39,042 nucleotides of DNA from Octopus bimaculoides (Eukaryota): positions 31,466,990-31,506,031 of the forward strand of contig NC_069002.1 of assembly GCF_001194135.2 (NCBI RefSeq), given 5' to 3'. A program made the position numbers and the translations under genes. The notes beneath the pieces are model-generated. The model had not been told where the DNA came from. It worked only from the letters and a program-made list of their open reading frames with translations, and made no database searches. Shown piece by piece: positions 10,744 to 22,731 of the stretch (within the stretch, counting starts at the first letter, position 1; every line of letters starts with the position of its first letter).

Positions 10744-11390
10744 AGGCGTGGCTGTGTAGTAAGAAGTTTGCTTTTCAACCACATGGTTCTGGGTTCAGTA
10801 CCACTGCGCGACACCTTGGGTAAGCGTCTTCAACTATAGCCTCAGGCCCCCCCCCAAGCCTTGTGAGTAGATTTGGTAGAAGGAAACTGAAAGAAGCCTG
10901 ACGTCCGGTGACCGAAGTTAAGCAACGTCGAGCCTAATAAGTACTTAGATGGCTGACCGCTTGGGAAACCTAGGTGCTGTAAGCATATCACTTAAGGCGG
11001 TGCTCCAGCATGGCCGCAGTCAAATGACTGAAACATGTAAAAGAGTGTGTGTGTGTGTGTGTGTATATGTATATGTATANNNNNNNNNNNNNNNNNNNNN
11101 NNNNNNNNNNNNNNNNNNNNNNNNNNNNNNNNNNNNNNNNNNNTATATATATATATATGTAAATATATATAATGTGTGTGTGTCTTTGTGTCTATGTTTG
11201 TCCCCCACAACCGCTTGATAATCGGTGTTGGTGTGTATACGTCCCTGTAACTTAATGGTTCGGCAAAGGAAAACCGATAGAATAAGAACCAGGCCTTAAA
11301 AAAATAAGTACTAGGGTCGATTCGTTCGGCTATATATCTTCAAGGTGATGACCGCCGTCTAATGACTGAAACAAGGAACAGACAAAAGAT
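10744..11390 (+). mobile_element. SINE family A copy interrupted by a 5S-derived insert
   Basis: tRNA head and central domain at 10744-10898. Middle and tail resume at about 11160-11390. Confidence 0.8.
10902..10984 (+). pseudogene. 5S rRNA-derived fragment (3' ~85 nt, including the internal promoter region)
   Basis: CGTCCGGTGACCGAAGTTAAGCAACGTCGAGCC...AGTACTTAGATGGCTGACCGCTTGGGAAACCTAGGTGCTGTAAGC aligns by eye with the 3' two-thirds of animal 5S rRNA. It is 5'-truncated and diverged. Confidence 0.85.
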
Positions 11391-12008
11391 GAAAGCAATT
11401 ACATAACAGCCATTGATGCACAAAATGAGATCCGTGAATATTTCTTCATTATCTCTAAATTTGTTTCGCCACACATGCCCATGAAGACATGAAAATAAAT
11501 CATTAGTAGTCCCTTATTGTTGCCTAAGTTTCTTTTGTCGTCACTTACGCTTTTTATCGCAGTTTACTTTCATTGTTTTAGAACAACTTGCTTTCACTTT
11601 TTTTATGAAGGTAAACTACACGTTAAGCCAGATTATGACCTTAAGCATTTTTCCCCAATAATATTTCTTTAAACTTATTAACTTCGCTAGTCTACACTCA
11701 CCCAAATCTACCCCTTGCTTTCAGCAATCTCGGAACTGATGTTACTTCTACACCCCCTCCACATCTTACTTTTCTAAATAACAAACTAACGAACTAATTT
11801 TCTTATTGTATGTTCACCGTTCTCCACGTTGTTTCTGTTCTTTCGTTGTTGCTGGCATCGTTCCCAAAACTAAACCAAACAATAATTCGTTTGCCACAAG
11901 TCTTTTTTACTCTATTAACGTCGACAATTCTTACAATAAACAAACGTTTCTTCCATTCCTACAACCTCGGATTCATTTGTGACGTAGCAAATTCTGGCTA
12001 CCAATAGA

Positions 12009-12052
12009 GGCGTAGCAAGGCGTAGCAAGGCGTAGCAAGGCGTAGCAAGGCG
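12009..12052. repeat. 10-bp tandem repeat (GGCGTAGCAA)x4.4
   Basis: Four perfect units plus GGCG. Confidence 0.95.
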
Positions 12053-12819
12053 AAGTCGGTTTGAGGAGGGAAGTTGATCTCTGGATACAGGTGTGATAGG
12101 GTGCAAAATTTAACTCTGATCTATGAGGTCTTCTGATTAAGGTGAAGGCACCCCGAAGTGTCTTCTGGCACCTAAGCGCTGAGAAGTCTGCTTTGTCACT
12201 GGCTACCATTTCTTTTAAATGAGGTGTCAGTGAACGCGCTGGTGTCATAAGATAAAGAATAAAACCAACATTGATATAGTCGCTTCATCTATAATAAATA
12301 GCAGCCAAATCTCCCTCAAGTTATGTCCTACTATCGTTTATAATTTTTTTTTTTTTTTGTAATTGAAAAATATATTGGATAATGCTGTGCCAGATAATTT
12401 TGTTTGAATAAGCCACGGCTAGAATGTGTTTAGTCACAGGTGTCCTTGAAAATGACTGACCTAGGACAAAACAACAACAACAACAACGGCAACAGCAGCA
12501 GTGACAGCAACAACAACATCTTGAATGAAACCATTCAAGACAGCGACATGGTTTCGGTTACAGATAGAAACCTTTTCACTTCTTCAACGACGCAATTGCA
12601 CATACAGATGCACTCGGAAATCTGTCAATAGAGTGTGTATATTACGGTTGATCTTATCAACCGGTTTCGCGTTAGTAATACAATGGAGTGTTAGGTAACA
12701 ATCCGATTATATAACCCTACGCTCATCAGAGGTAACCAATATGGAATGAAATATGGCCATAGTAGGGAATCAAACTTCTTACCACCCAACCCAACCACGC
12801 CTGCGCCTATATATATAGC

Positions 12820-12858
12820 ATATATGTATATACATATATACACGCACATATGTGTGTG

Positions 12859-12900
<42 letters not shown>

Positions 12901-12922
12901 TCTCTCTATATANNNNNNNNNN

Positions 12923-12958
<36 letters not shown>

Positions 12959-13060
12959 GTATGCATGTGTGTGTGTGTATATGCATATATGTGTGTGTGT
13001 GTGTGTATGTGTGTGTGTGTTGGATGTGTGTACCCAAAAAGACACAAACACACGCCTACG
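12820..13060. repeat. Compound (TA)/(TC)/(TG)n microsatellite
   Basis: Direct reading. Confidence 0.92.
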
Positions 13061-13431
13061 TATGTAGACACATACACACTTGCTTCAAATAGTTTTGGAT
13101 CTGCATGTTTCAGTTGTGTGTGGGTGTGGATGTGTGTATTAGTGTGATTGTCACAACATATAAATAGCAATCCCTGTTTCTGCCTTCACTACAACCAGGT
13201 CAGCTCTACTGAAACAACAAAGCCAGCAAGAACAACACTTCTAAGGTTTGATATTATCATTTCTCCTAACCATTTCTTTACTTCTCAATTACTTTCATTT
13301 ACATATAAATTATCATGCCTACATATATGAATATATACATATATAAATATATACATATATAAATATATACATATATAAATATATACATATTATTTTATTA
13401 TATATATATTATAACATATATATATATATAT

Positions 13432-13706
13432 ATGGACTGGCTCTTGTGCGGGTGGCACATAAAATACACCATTTTGAGCGTAGCCGTTGCCAGTACCGCC
13501 TGACTGGCCTTCGTGCGGGTGACACGTAAAAGCACCCACTACACTCTCTGAGTGGTTGGCGTTAGGAAGGGCATCCATCTGTAGAAACTCTGCCAAATCA
13601 GATTGGAGCCTGGTGTTGCCATCCGGTTTCACCAGTCCTCAGTCAAATCGTCCAACCCATGCTAGCATGGAAAGCGGACGTTAAACGATGATGATGATGA
13701 TGATGA
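13432..13706 (+). mobile_element. SINE-like family E (GGCGTTAGGAAGGGCATCC domain) with (GAT)n tail
   Basis: Highly similar reverse-complement copy at 35967-36290. Ends ...GGAAAGCGGACGTTAAAC(GAT)n. Confidence 0.85.
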
Positions 13707-13831
13707 TATAAGGATTTCATAATGAGATTTAAAAAAAGCAAGGCTGTGTAACCTATATATATATATGAGACAGACAGGCATAAATATAAATATGTAACCT
13801 AATGCTAATACATTTAGCGTCTGCGTCTATG

Positions 13832-13863
13832 GCATCCATTAGTCTCACGAGACTAATGGATGC
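13832..13863. repeat. Perfect palindrome, 15-bp arms, 2-nt spacer
   Basis: GCATCCATTAGTCTC AC GAGACTAATGGATGC. Confidence 0.95.
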
Positions 13864-14364
13864 ACTTGGAAAGTATTGCTCCGCTCTTGTTAGCAGAGGA
13901 AAAAATATGTCACACCAAAATAGTACAGCTGCAAAAACGTCTTCATTTCTGCGTTTCTCGATAGGAGAACCACAGGATTGGCAAAGTTGCTTTGTGGCGT
14001 CGGCTGGAATATTCGTCTTTAGCCGTCAACATTAAAAATATCGAATATACATATAAAGCCACGATCCTACGTGAGGTGTTTTCAACCTGTCTGTGTGTCT
14101 TGCATTTTCTGCCAATAAATAACTGACTTTGTTTCATTGTCTTGGTTAAGAAATCGAATTAAAAGGGTTTTTTTTTTCTTTTTTCATAAATAATGTCACC
14201 ACATATAAATTGTGTACAAGCCATAGTGTAGTCAGTTAATAACCGATTTAAAATATCTTTTGTTTTATTACTTTAAGTGTTTATACTATTTGAATATACA
14301 TGTTGCTTTTCTGTCCTGGCTAAAATTGTGGTGTTTTTTTTTCCGGACATCTTTTGAACTCCTA

Positions 14365-14530
14365 CCTAGTTCCAACTTCCAGGGAGAACGGTCGTTTGCA
14401 ATGTCCTTCCCACGTTACAACGTTCATGTTCAGTGACTTTGCGGCTCTCTTGTAGACATCTTTTGAAACGAAGACAGTGCCGCACCTATGCTCTTTGTAG
14501 TAAAATCTTTCATACAATAACCATTAAAAA
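14365..14530 (-). mobile_element. RTE-clade LINE remnant, 3' end of ORF
   Basis: With two frameshifts the minus strand reads LRFKDVYKRAAKSLNMNVVTWEDIANDRSPWK, resembling the RTE C-terminal motif. Confidence 0.65.
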
Positions 14531-14609
14531 CCGACCTAGAAACAATTGCATTATGACAAACAGGCATATAAGCAGATAATTATGTGTGTTAACAGTAACG
14601 TATTATATG

Positions 14610-14716
14610 CAAGTGGAGGCGCAATGGCCCAGTGGTTAGGACAGCGGACTCGCGGTTTCGANNNNNNNNNNCGGATCAACTGGAACCCTCGACGTCGTAA
14701 GCGACGGAGTGCCAAC
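14610..14716 (+). mobile_element. SINE family D copy, collapsed around a 10-N gap
   Basis: Head GTGGAGGCGCAATGGCCCAGTGG and tail CGGATCAACTGGAACCCTCG...GTGCCAAC are both present. Confidence 0.9.
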
Positions 14717-14762
14717 ATTATCTGCAAGGAGCATTAAAACTTTACGAATAGTATGCAAAGGT

Positions 14763-15070
14763 CAGGTGGTTCTCAACCAATGTCCTTATGATCCTTTATG
14801 GTCCGTATAACATTCTTTTGGGTCCCCACAAGCAAAATAGTATTTTGTGGGTCGTGAAAAAAATTCTGCTTTAGATGTACTTATTGCAGGTTTCTTTCTC
14901 CGATGTTTTACCATAGTTCAGCTTGGGAATGTATGATAAACAAAATAAGAATTTTGAAAGAAGTATCTATAAAACTAGCTTTTAAATAGCGAATGGCTTC
15001 GGGGGTCCACCAGAATAAAACAGTAGTCAAAGCGGTCTATAGATAAAAAAAAAATGGTTGAGTACCACAG
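14763..15070. mobile_element. hAT-like MITE
   Basis: Imperfect TIRs CAGGTGGTTCTCAACCA ... TGGTTGAGTACCACAG. No clear TSD. Confidence 0.6.
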
Positions 15071-15091
15071 TGTTAAACAGTGATGATTTAG

Positions 15092-15787
15092 GTCTGTCGC
15101 TCACAGCAATGCAGTCCCTAGGCTGGTGGGCTATTATAACCCAGCAAATGCAGTCCCTAGTCTGTCGCTCACAGCAATGCAGTCCCTAGGCTGGTGGGCT
15201 ATTATAACCCAGCAAATGCAGTCCCTATNNNNNNNNNNNNNNNNNNNNNNNNNNNNNNNNNNNNNNNNNNNNNNNNNNNNNNNNNNNNNNNNNNNNNNNN
15301 NNNNNNNNNNNNNNNNNNNNNNNNNNNNNNNNNNNNNNNNNNNNNNNNNNNNNNNNNNNNNNNNNNNNNNNNNNNNNNNNNNNNNNNNNNNNNNNNNNNN
15401 NNNNNNNNNNNNNNNNNNNNNNNNNNNNNNNNNNNNNNNNNNNNNNNNNNNNNNNNNNNNNNNNNNNNNNNNNNNNNNNNNNNNNNNNNNNNNNNNNNNN
15501 NNNNNNNNNNNNNNNNNNNNNNNNNNNNNNNNNNNNNNNNNNNNNNNNNNNNNNNNNNNNNNNNNNNNNNNNNNNNNNNNNNNNNNNNNNNNNNNNNNNN
15601 NNNGTCTGTCGCTCACAGCAATGCAGTCCCTAGGCTGGTGGGCTATTATAACCCAGCAAATGCAGTCCCTAGTCTGTCGCTCACAGCAATGCAGTCCCTA
15701 GGCTGGTGGGCTATTATAACCCAGCAAATGCAGTCCCTATAGCCCAGCAATGTAGTCCCTAGGCTGGTACAGCTATAGCCCAGCAAA
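15092..15787. repeat. 68-bp minisatellite (29+39 bp subunits) flanking a gap
   Basis: Unit AGTCTGTCGCTCACAGCAATGCAGTCCCT-AGGCTGGTGGGCTATTATAACCCAGCAAATGCAGTCCCT. Two units on each side of the gap, then a degenerate tail. Confidence 0.95.
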
Positions 15788-16289
15788 TTTCAGTCTTCAA
15801 GTCACTAGTCGAACGAGGAAATAGTAAAAGACACATGGCTAAGGTACCATTTAGCGGAAAAGTACCATACACCACGTATTTGGAAAGCGAACTTTCTTAA
15901 CTATACAGTCACAACGGCCCTTCTTTTAGAACAATAAAAATAGGAGGAGAAAGTAAAAATGAAAATAGAAATACAATCGTGAATCGAACGCGAGTCGCAG
16001 ACACCGCGTTGAATGGGATTTCCCTAATCGTGTGTTAACATATTAGGCCAGGTAGATTTTCAGCAGAACTTGAGAGAGAGATAAGGCTGGCTGAGATATT
16101 TTTAGTCATGATGACAGCTTAGAAAGTGGAAATAGAGAGAAAGATATTCCCTGATAATAGAACACTCGGAATTCGAGTGAAGGTGTTTGTTGTAATCGTG
16201 TAGGAAAGAGAGAAAGACAATGGAGGAGTGTGTGTTGGAGAGGGTGAAAGTGTACGCGAGAGTACGAGTGAAAGAGGGAGAGGGGATGT

Positions 16290-17058
16290 AAGCGAACTAA
16301 TGTCCTTGTGTGTGTGAGTGAGTGAGAGCTACTGTCATTATGTGTGTATGTATAAATATATATATGTATATCTGAAAGTGACTATGTATGTATGTTTGTG
16401 TGAGTGAACGTGTATGTTTGTATATGTATGCGTGTGAATAATCATGTGTAGTAACTAGTTATGTGTGTGTGTGTCTGTCAGCGACTGTATGTAAGAGAGC
16501 GAGCGTGTATGTATGTATATACGTGAGAGTTGATGTTTATGAGCGTGTGTATATGTATTTATATACCTATGTGCGTTACTATGTACGTATGTGTGCGTGA
16601 ATTAGTGGAAGAGAAAAGAAGTGGGGAGGAGGTAGAGAAACAAGAAATGCAAAGTAGCGGAACAAATTGGGGAAGAAGGAGAGTAGGAGGTATGTGATAG
16701 AGAAACAAGTAGGAGAAAGAGAAAGAGTAATAGAAGTATGCTATAGAGAAATAAAGAAAGAGTAAGAGATAGTAATGGGGGTAGAGGTAAAAGAAATAAG
16801 AGAGAGGGGGTAAATGTGGATGATGTAATAAAAACAGAGAGGTAAGTGAGTGAGTAAAAATGACAGAATAAAGAGAAGAGGGAGTAAAAGTGAGTGTCGG
16901 CAAGAGAGAGGTAAATGAAAGATGAACTGAGATAGAGTAAAAGAGAGATGAGAGTGAATGAGTGAGTGATGAGTGAGAGAGATTATACAAGAAAACGAGA
17001 GACGAATAGCAAGTGAGAATAAGAGAGAAAGAGAAAGTGAGAACGAAAGGAAGATATT

Positions 17059-17089
<31 letters not shown>

Positions 17090-18795
17090 TAAGATAGATT
17101 GCTCACAGAGAAAGCGCTAAAAGAGAGAGAAAGTGTTAAGAGTGAGAGAGAGAGAGAGAGATTATGTGAGAAAGTGAACGTAGTAAGAAATGCGTTGAAG
17201 AGAAAGGGAGAGAAGGAGAAGGAAAGATGAAGGAGGGGACGATTCAGCGGGCAAGATGGAGGCGTGTGTCGGCTGTTGGCAGATAAATGGATAAAAGTGG
17301 AGGGTAAAATGACTGAATGATGTTCGGATTGTTGTTAATAACGAAGTAAATGTAAAGATGATGGAAAGTAACTGGTTGAGTTGTGAGGATTTGACTGAGT
17401 TTAGTGAAGGCGACCAAAGTAAAGCGGTATTGATGGCTGTTAATAATGGCTGCGAGGGAGGAGGTGTGAGTAAATAAACAATGACCAATTTCTAGATAAC
17501 ACCAATTACTGTGTAGTCGTCTGGTTGTGTTTATGAGTGATTGTCTAGTATGTGTGTCTATGTGATTGTCTGATTGTAGGTGTGTTAGTGGTGTATATGT
17601 ATGTAACTGAGTATGCATGATGGCGTATAGCTGTGATTAAACAGTTGAGTGTGCGTGTGTGTGTGTTCATCATTATGTATGTGTATGATCGTCTAGTTAT
17701 AGTTATGTGTGAAAGTGATTGTGTATAGTGGTGTATGTGAAGATGATTGAGTATGTGTGTTATTGCATATGATGATGTAATTGTGTGATTGTCTAGATCA
17801 GGGGTTTTCAAACTTTTTGACTTGCGGACCCCTTTATTTTATTTCAGGCTTTACCTTAGGGACGCTTATGAAATTTATACATAAATATTTGCTTAAAATA
17901 ACATATTTTTACATTTATTCATTTAACAGTATTTAACAAATAGGTTTATTGTCAATTAAAAGATTTCGATTAAAAAACATATATAAAATCAAATTGCCCA
18001 TAAAAGGTATTTGCTGTCCACGAACCCCCTGTCTTGTCCTTGCGGACCACAATTTGAAAACCCCTGGTCTAGTTAGTTGTAGGTGTGTGCATGTGTGATT
18101 GTGTATAGTTGCGTACATGAGTGATTCTGTAGTTGAATATATGTATGTAATTGTCTAGTTGTATGTGTGTGTGTAATCGATTATGTATAGTGGCGTATGT
18201 GTGGTTTATTGCATGTTTATGTATATGTGTGTGACTGAGCATCTGGTTATGCGTGCGCGCGTATGTGTGTGTGTGATTGTCTAGCTGTGTAAGCGATGGT
18301 CGTGTGTCTGGTTTTATATGTGCGTGGAAGCACGTAGTCTGTCTATGCGTGTGTATCATTGACTATCTGTGTGTATAAATGATTGTGTATGGTAGTGTTA
18401 GGGTGATTAAAGTTATGTGTATGTGTGTTATTGTCTGGCAATGTGTGTGTGATTGTACATGGTGGCGTATATGTGTGATTGGTTGGATGTATGCATGCGT
18501 GACTGTGTAAAATTATCTATGCGTGTGCGTGTGGTTGAGTATGAAGTTATGAGTGGATGAGTGTAGTTGCTTAGTTGTATGTGTGCGTCTATGTGTATGA
18601 TTGTCCCGTTACATGTGTGTGTATGTGGTTGTCTGGTTTTATGTGTGTATGTGTCTATGAGATTGGCTTAGTGTGTGTATATATGTGAATAAGATGGTGT
18701 ATGTGTGTGATTGCATATGGTTTGGTATTTGTGTGTATAATTATCTGGCTGTATGTGTGTGTGATTGGGTGTGTATAAGTATATATGTCTAGTTG

Positions 18796-18827
<32 letters not shown>

Positions 18828-18990
18828 CGTGCGCGCGCGCAAGTGTGATTAATCTAGATGTATCTGAGTGTGTTTGTGTGTGTGAGGTTGTATGTGTGCG
18901 TATATGTGGATGATTGGGTATATGTGTATGCGTGTACACACGATTATGATGAAGTAAATATGTGTGAGTTGTATATATGTGTAGGTATGC
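16290..18990. repeat. Long degenerate low-complexity region: TG-rich flanks with a GA-rich core at about 16600-17250
   Basis: Strong G+T or G+A strand skew and decayed microsatellite motifs. Confidence 0.85.
17799..18066. mobile_element. hAT (Charlie-like) MITE, 268 bp
   Basis: TIRs CAGGGGTTTTCAAACT / AATTTGAAAACCCCTG (15/16). 8-bp TSD GTCTAGAT (17791-17798) / GTCTAGTT (18067-18074), fitting the NTCTAGAN hAT target preference. Confidence 0.92.
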
Positions 18991-20069
18991 AAATAAATAT
19001 GAGAATAGTGCATATGTTATTTAGCCCCAAGGCCAACCACGTTGAGGCTGACCTCTATTCAAAGGCATTCCAGGCATGACCAGCCTGTTATGTTTTTTAA
19101 CAATCAATATACGGCCCCCATTATTCAATGTATTCTGTTCTAAGACATCTGATTTGGTATTTAGCTTCTATTTTTAACTAGTTCAACGACATCATGGACA
19201 CCCCATCCGCATCACTGTCTCGTATATTTAATTAACCTATATGTTAAATATAATTTGTTGACTGGTTAAAATTATTGACAACTCTCACTTAAAATATCTT
19301 CTACATAAACTAATAGTTAAAACAGTTACTGATAATGTAATTAACGCAGTGAATACTAATTATTAATCCAGCGAGCATTAACTATATAATTATGCTTTTT
19401 ATGCTCCCGACATTAATCCTTTAGCATTGGAGCCAGCCATGTCAGGCCCAAATAAATATTCTCCGTTTTATTTTCAAATTGACTAAATCAGGCCTCACTC
19501 ACCTATCCTACCATGTCATTTTGAAAATAAGCAATCACATCATCGAAATCTCGAGGCTAAGATAATCCATGATTAATTCAAAACAATGTGAATAAATAAG
19601 CATTACTTTTGACAGAGAAATCTGAATGCTTGTTAATATTAACATAAGTTTTTCATGTGAATAGCGTCACGGAGAAATTAACTTAGAAAGCTCATTCAGC
19701 CATCAATCCATTTTTCTGTTCACAATTCCTGAGAGATTCGTGAGATAATGGGGTAGCGATTCATGTAAAAACAACAAAATAATGGGTTCATTAGGTTAAG
19801 TTTTATTTGTGAAATACAGTTGCTTTGAATTTGCTTCAGAAAAAGGTCCATGTTTGTGATGGTTAGTTGGGGTGCTAGGAATGTGGGTTGGGTGTCAAGT
19901 GGGCAGGAGCCCGAAAAAGTTTGGGAATGATAAAAGACGAAGTTCAGAAACTTTAAACGATTGAATTTATTTTTATAATTTTAACCAACCAGATAATATA
20001 CTTTCTCCATGCGCTGTCGCCATTGATACACGACTATGACAATCACAACGACATTTTTACCTTTCTTCA

Positions 20070-20430
20070 TTTTACTCGTTTTAGTCATTGGACTGCGACC
20101 ATGCTTGAATAATTTTGTAGTTGAATGATTCGACCCCAGTACTTTTGTTTCGTAAGCCTAGTGCTTATTTTACCGACTTTTACCGAGCCGCTAAGATACG
20201 GGGACGTAAACACACCAACACCAGCTGTCAAGTTGTGGTGGGGGACATAGACTATAAACACACGTACGACGGACTTCTTTCAGTGTCCGTCTACCAAATC
20301 CACTCACAAGGCTTTGGGCGGCCCGTGGTTATAATAGAAGACACTTGGCCAAGGTGCCACTCACTGGGACTGAACCCGGAACCTTGTGGTTGACAAGCAA
20401 GCTTCTTACCACACAGCTACGCCAGCGCCT
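20070..20430 (-). mobile_element. SINE family A, diverged copy
   Basis: Similar to 6521-6930. Confidence 0.85.
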
Positions 20431-20538
20431 TTTTATTAATTTTTGTGAAATCAATAAAAATGTTACGAAACCTTTAACAATGAATTTCAATAATGAAAGA
20501 AAATAAACATTTACAATGGAATTTTACGATACACAGCA

Positions 20539-20653
20539 AACCTTAACGCTAACCCTAATGCTAAACCATAATGATAAACCTTAACCTTAACTCTAAGCCC
20601 TGACCCTAGACCTTAACTATAATCCTAATCTAAACGGTGACCCTAAAACTAAT
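20539..20653. repeat. Degenerate (CCCTAA)n telomere-like tract
   Basis: Hexamer variants such as CCTTAA, CGCTAA, CCCTAA, CTCTAA, CCCTGA and CCCTAG in register. Confidence 0.75.
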
Positions 20654-20851
20654 TCCTCAGTGGTATCGATTACTTGATACGAGAACGTATATAAATATAC
20701 TCCGTAAAGCGTGACTAAACGAGGAGTAATATTTTTTCAAGATAACAATGGATTAGATGAACGATCAGATATGTTAGGTCTGTTAGGTCACTGCAAACAC
20801 ACATCTTAAGTATTTATTTAGCAACTATGTACTTCTAGATGGTTGATTTCA

Positions 20852-20925
20852 AGTAGTAGTAGTAGTAGTAGTAGTAGCAGCAGCAGCAGTAGTAGTAGTA
20901 GTAGTGTGTGTGTGTGTGTGTGTGT
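20852..20925. repeat. (AGT)n/(AGC)n/(TG)n compound microsatellite
   Basis: Direct reading. Confidence 0.95.
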
Positions 20926-21524
20926 ATCAATTTGTAATTAAAGCAGATATGCTGATTGCTAAGCGGCAGTACTCGTCTGAAGATAGCATCTTATATAAAC
21001 GCATTATGTTATAGAAGACGAAGATATATCAGAAGTAGACGGAAATCGTCCAAAAGCAGTGGTGGCGTTGCTAAATACGTATGTCTGCATCTTTGGGCTT
21101 CGTCAGTGGCAGTTATCCACTAGCATCCACATGCTAAGATAATATAAGCCGCTACTTATATCGCAAAACAATGATTGAAAAATCACTGATGACGCAACTA
21201 GCTAGCAGACTGAATAAAAATTCGTTATGTGCGACAGACGCAGCATTAGTTCGAAATAGCAATCTGAGTATGGTACTTAAAGTAGATACATCGTTGAAGG
21301 CTTGGCAAACTGCGCAGTCCGTCTCGCCGGCTAAATGTGATATCAGTGATTTGCCTTCAAGCAAACTCGTGAAAAACTGAATAATGTGGCAAGGATGGCC
21401 CCAGTGAACGCGCGTGCTCTAAACATGCACCTAAAAACTCACTCACCCTAGGACGCTGAGTGTACCTCGGCGAGTGATTGTAACAAACATGTAGATTAAA
21501 AGTAAATGATGATGATGATGATGA

Positions 21525-21958
21525 TAACCCTGAAATGTGTGAAGAACCTGAAACCACTGCTACGAAACAAGCAAAACGGATAAAGCAGACCGCAAAAAAG
21601 AACGGGTAGAAACAAATTGAGGAGCGGTGGAGCCAGAAGCCTCTACACGGACTGTATATACTTCGATGTCGAAATGCTGACGTAGATCAAGCAACGATCC
21701 GTCAGTGGTTGAGAAGTTCAGGACTGAAAGCAGAGACTGAAGGTTTCATGTTGGTTGCACAAGATCAAAGCTTGCTTACCAAAAAACTACCAGGCTATCG
21801 TTCTTTAAAACGGTTCTAATTCTAAATGCAGATTCTGCGACACATTCAACGAAACAATAGACCATCTCGTCTCGGGACACTAAACAAATGCAAAAATCGC
21901 AACGATCGGGTAGGAAAGTATTTACATTGGAAAATATGTAAACACTACAAAATCAGCC
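21525..21958 (+). mobile_element. R4/Dong-like (RLE) non-LTR retrotransposon fragment: post-RT region and CCHC zinc knuckle
   Basis: Translates to ERWSQKPLHGLY...ADVDQATIRQWLRSSGLKAETEGFMLVAQDQSLLT/NYQA...KCRFCDTFNETIDHLVSG...RNDRVGKYLHWKICKHY, with stops and frameshifts. Confidence 0.88.
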
Positions 21959-22130
21959 TCTAGTCGAGCAAATCGACTCCAGGACTTATACTTTGTAAGC
22001 CTAGTACTTATTCTATCAGTCTCTCTGGCCGAACTGCTAAGTTATGGGGACGTAAACGCACCAGCATCGGTTGTCGAGCGATGTTGGGAGGACAAACAGA
22101 CACACAAACATACACACACGCACACGCACG

Positions 22131-22165
<35 letters not shown>

Positions 22166-22338
22166 GCATATATACGACGGGCTTCTTTCAGTTTCCGTCT
22201 ACCAAATCCACTCACAAGGCTTTGGTCGGCCCGCGGCTATAGTAGAAGACACTTGGCCAAGGTGCCACGCAGTGGGACTGAACCCGGGACCATGTGGTTC
22301 GTAAGCAAGCTACTTACCGCACAGCCACTCCTACGCCT
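21959..22338 (-). mobile_element. SINE family A copy
   Basis: Similar to 6521-6930. Confidence 0.92.
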
Positions 22339-22731
22339 AGANNNNNNNNNNNNNNNNNNNNNNNNNNNNNNNNNNNNNNNNNNNNNNNNNNNNNNNNNNN
22401 NNNNNNNNNNNNNNNNNNNNNNNNNNNNNNNNNNNNNNNNNNNNNNNNNNNNNNNNNNNNNNNNNNNNNNNNNNNNNNNNNNNNNNNNNNNNNNNNNNNN
22501 NNNNNNNNNNNNNNNNNNNNNNNNNNNNNNNNNNNNNNNNNNNNNNNNNNNNNNNNNNNNNNNNNNNNNNNNNNNNNNNNNNNNNNNNNNNNNNNNNNNN
22601 NNNNNNNNNNNNNNNNNNNNNNNNNNNNNNNNNNNNNNNNNNNNNNNNNNNNNNNNNNNNNNNNNNNNNNNNNNNNNNNNNNNNNNNNNNNNNNNNNNNN
22701 NNNNNNNNNNNNNNNNNNNNNNNNNNNNNNN

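Noticed and set aside
12440-12631. ORF MTDLGQNNNNNN... preceded by an acceptor-like CACAG|G
   Set aside because: The start and poly-N come from the 3' end and (AAC)n tail of SINE-like family C. No homology is recognisable.
13390-13632. Similar ORFs MKPDGNTRLQSDLAEFL... here and at 36064-36393
   Set aside because: Both are incidental frames in two copies of repeat family E, not paralogous genes.
15092-15787. CRISPR-like repeat-spacer pattern
   Set aside because: Only two alternating spacers, a eukaryotic context and no cas genes. It is a minisatellite.
21015-21380. Possible 64-nt exon (AG|AAGACG...AATAC|GTATGT) and ORF 21171-21380
   Set aside because: Weak acceptor, no homology, and no partner exons identifiable.
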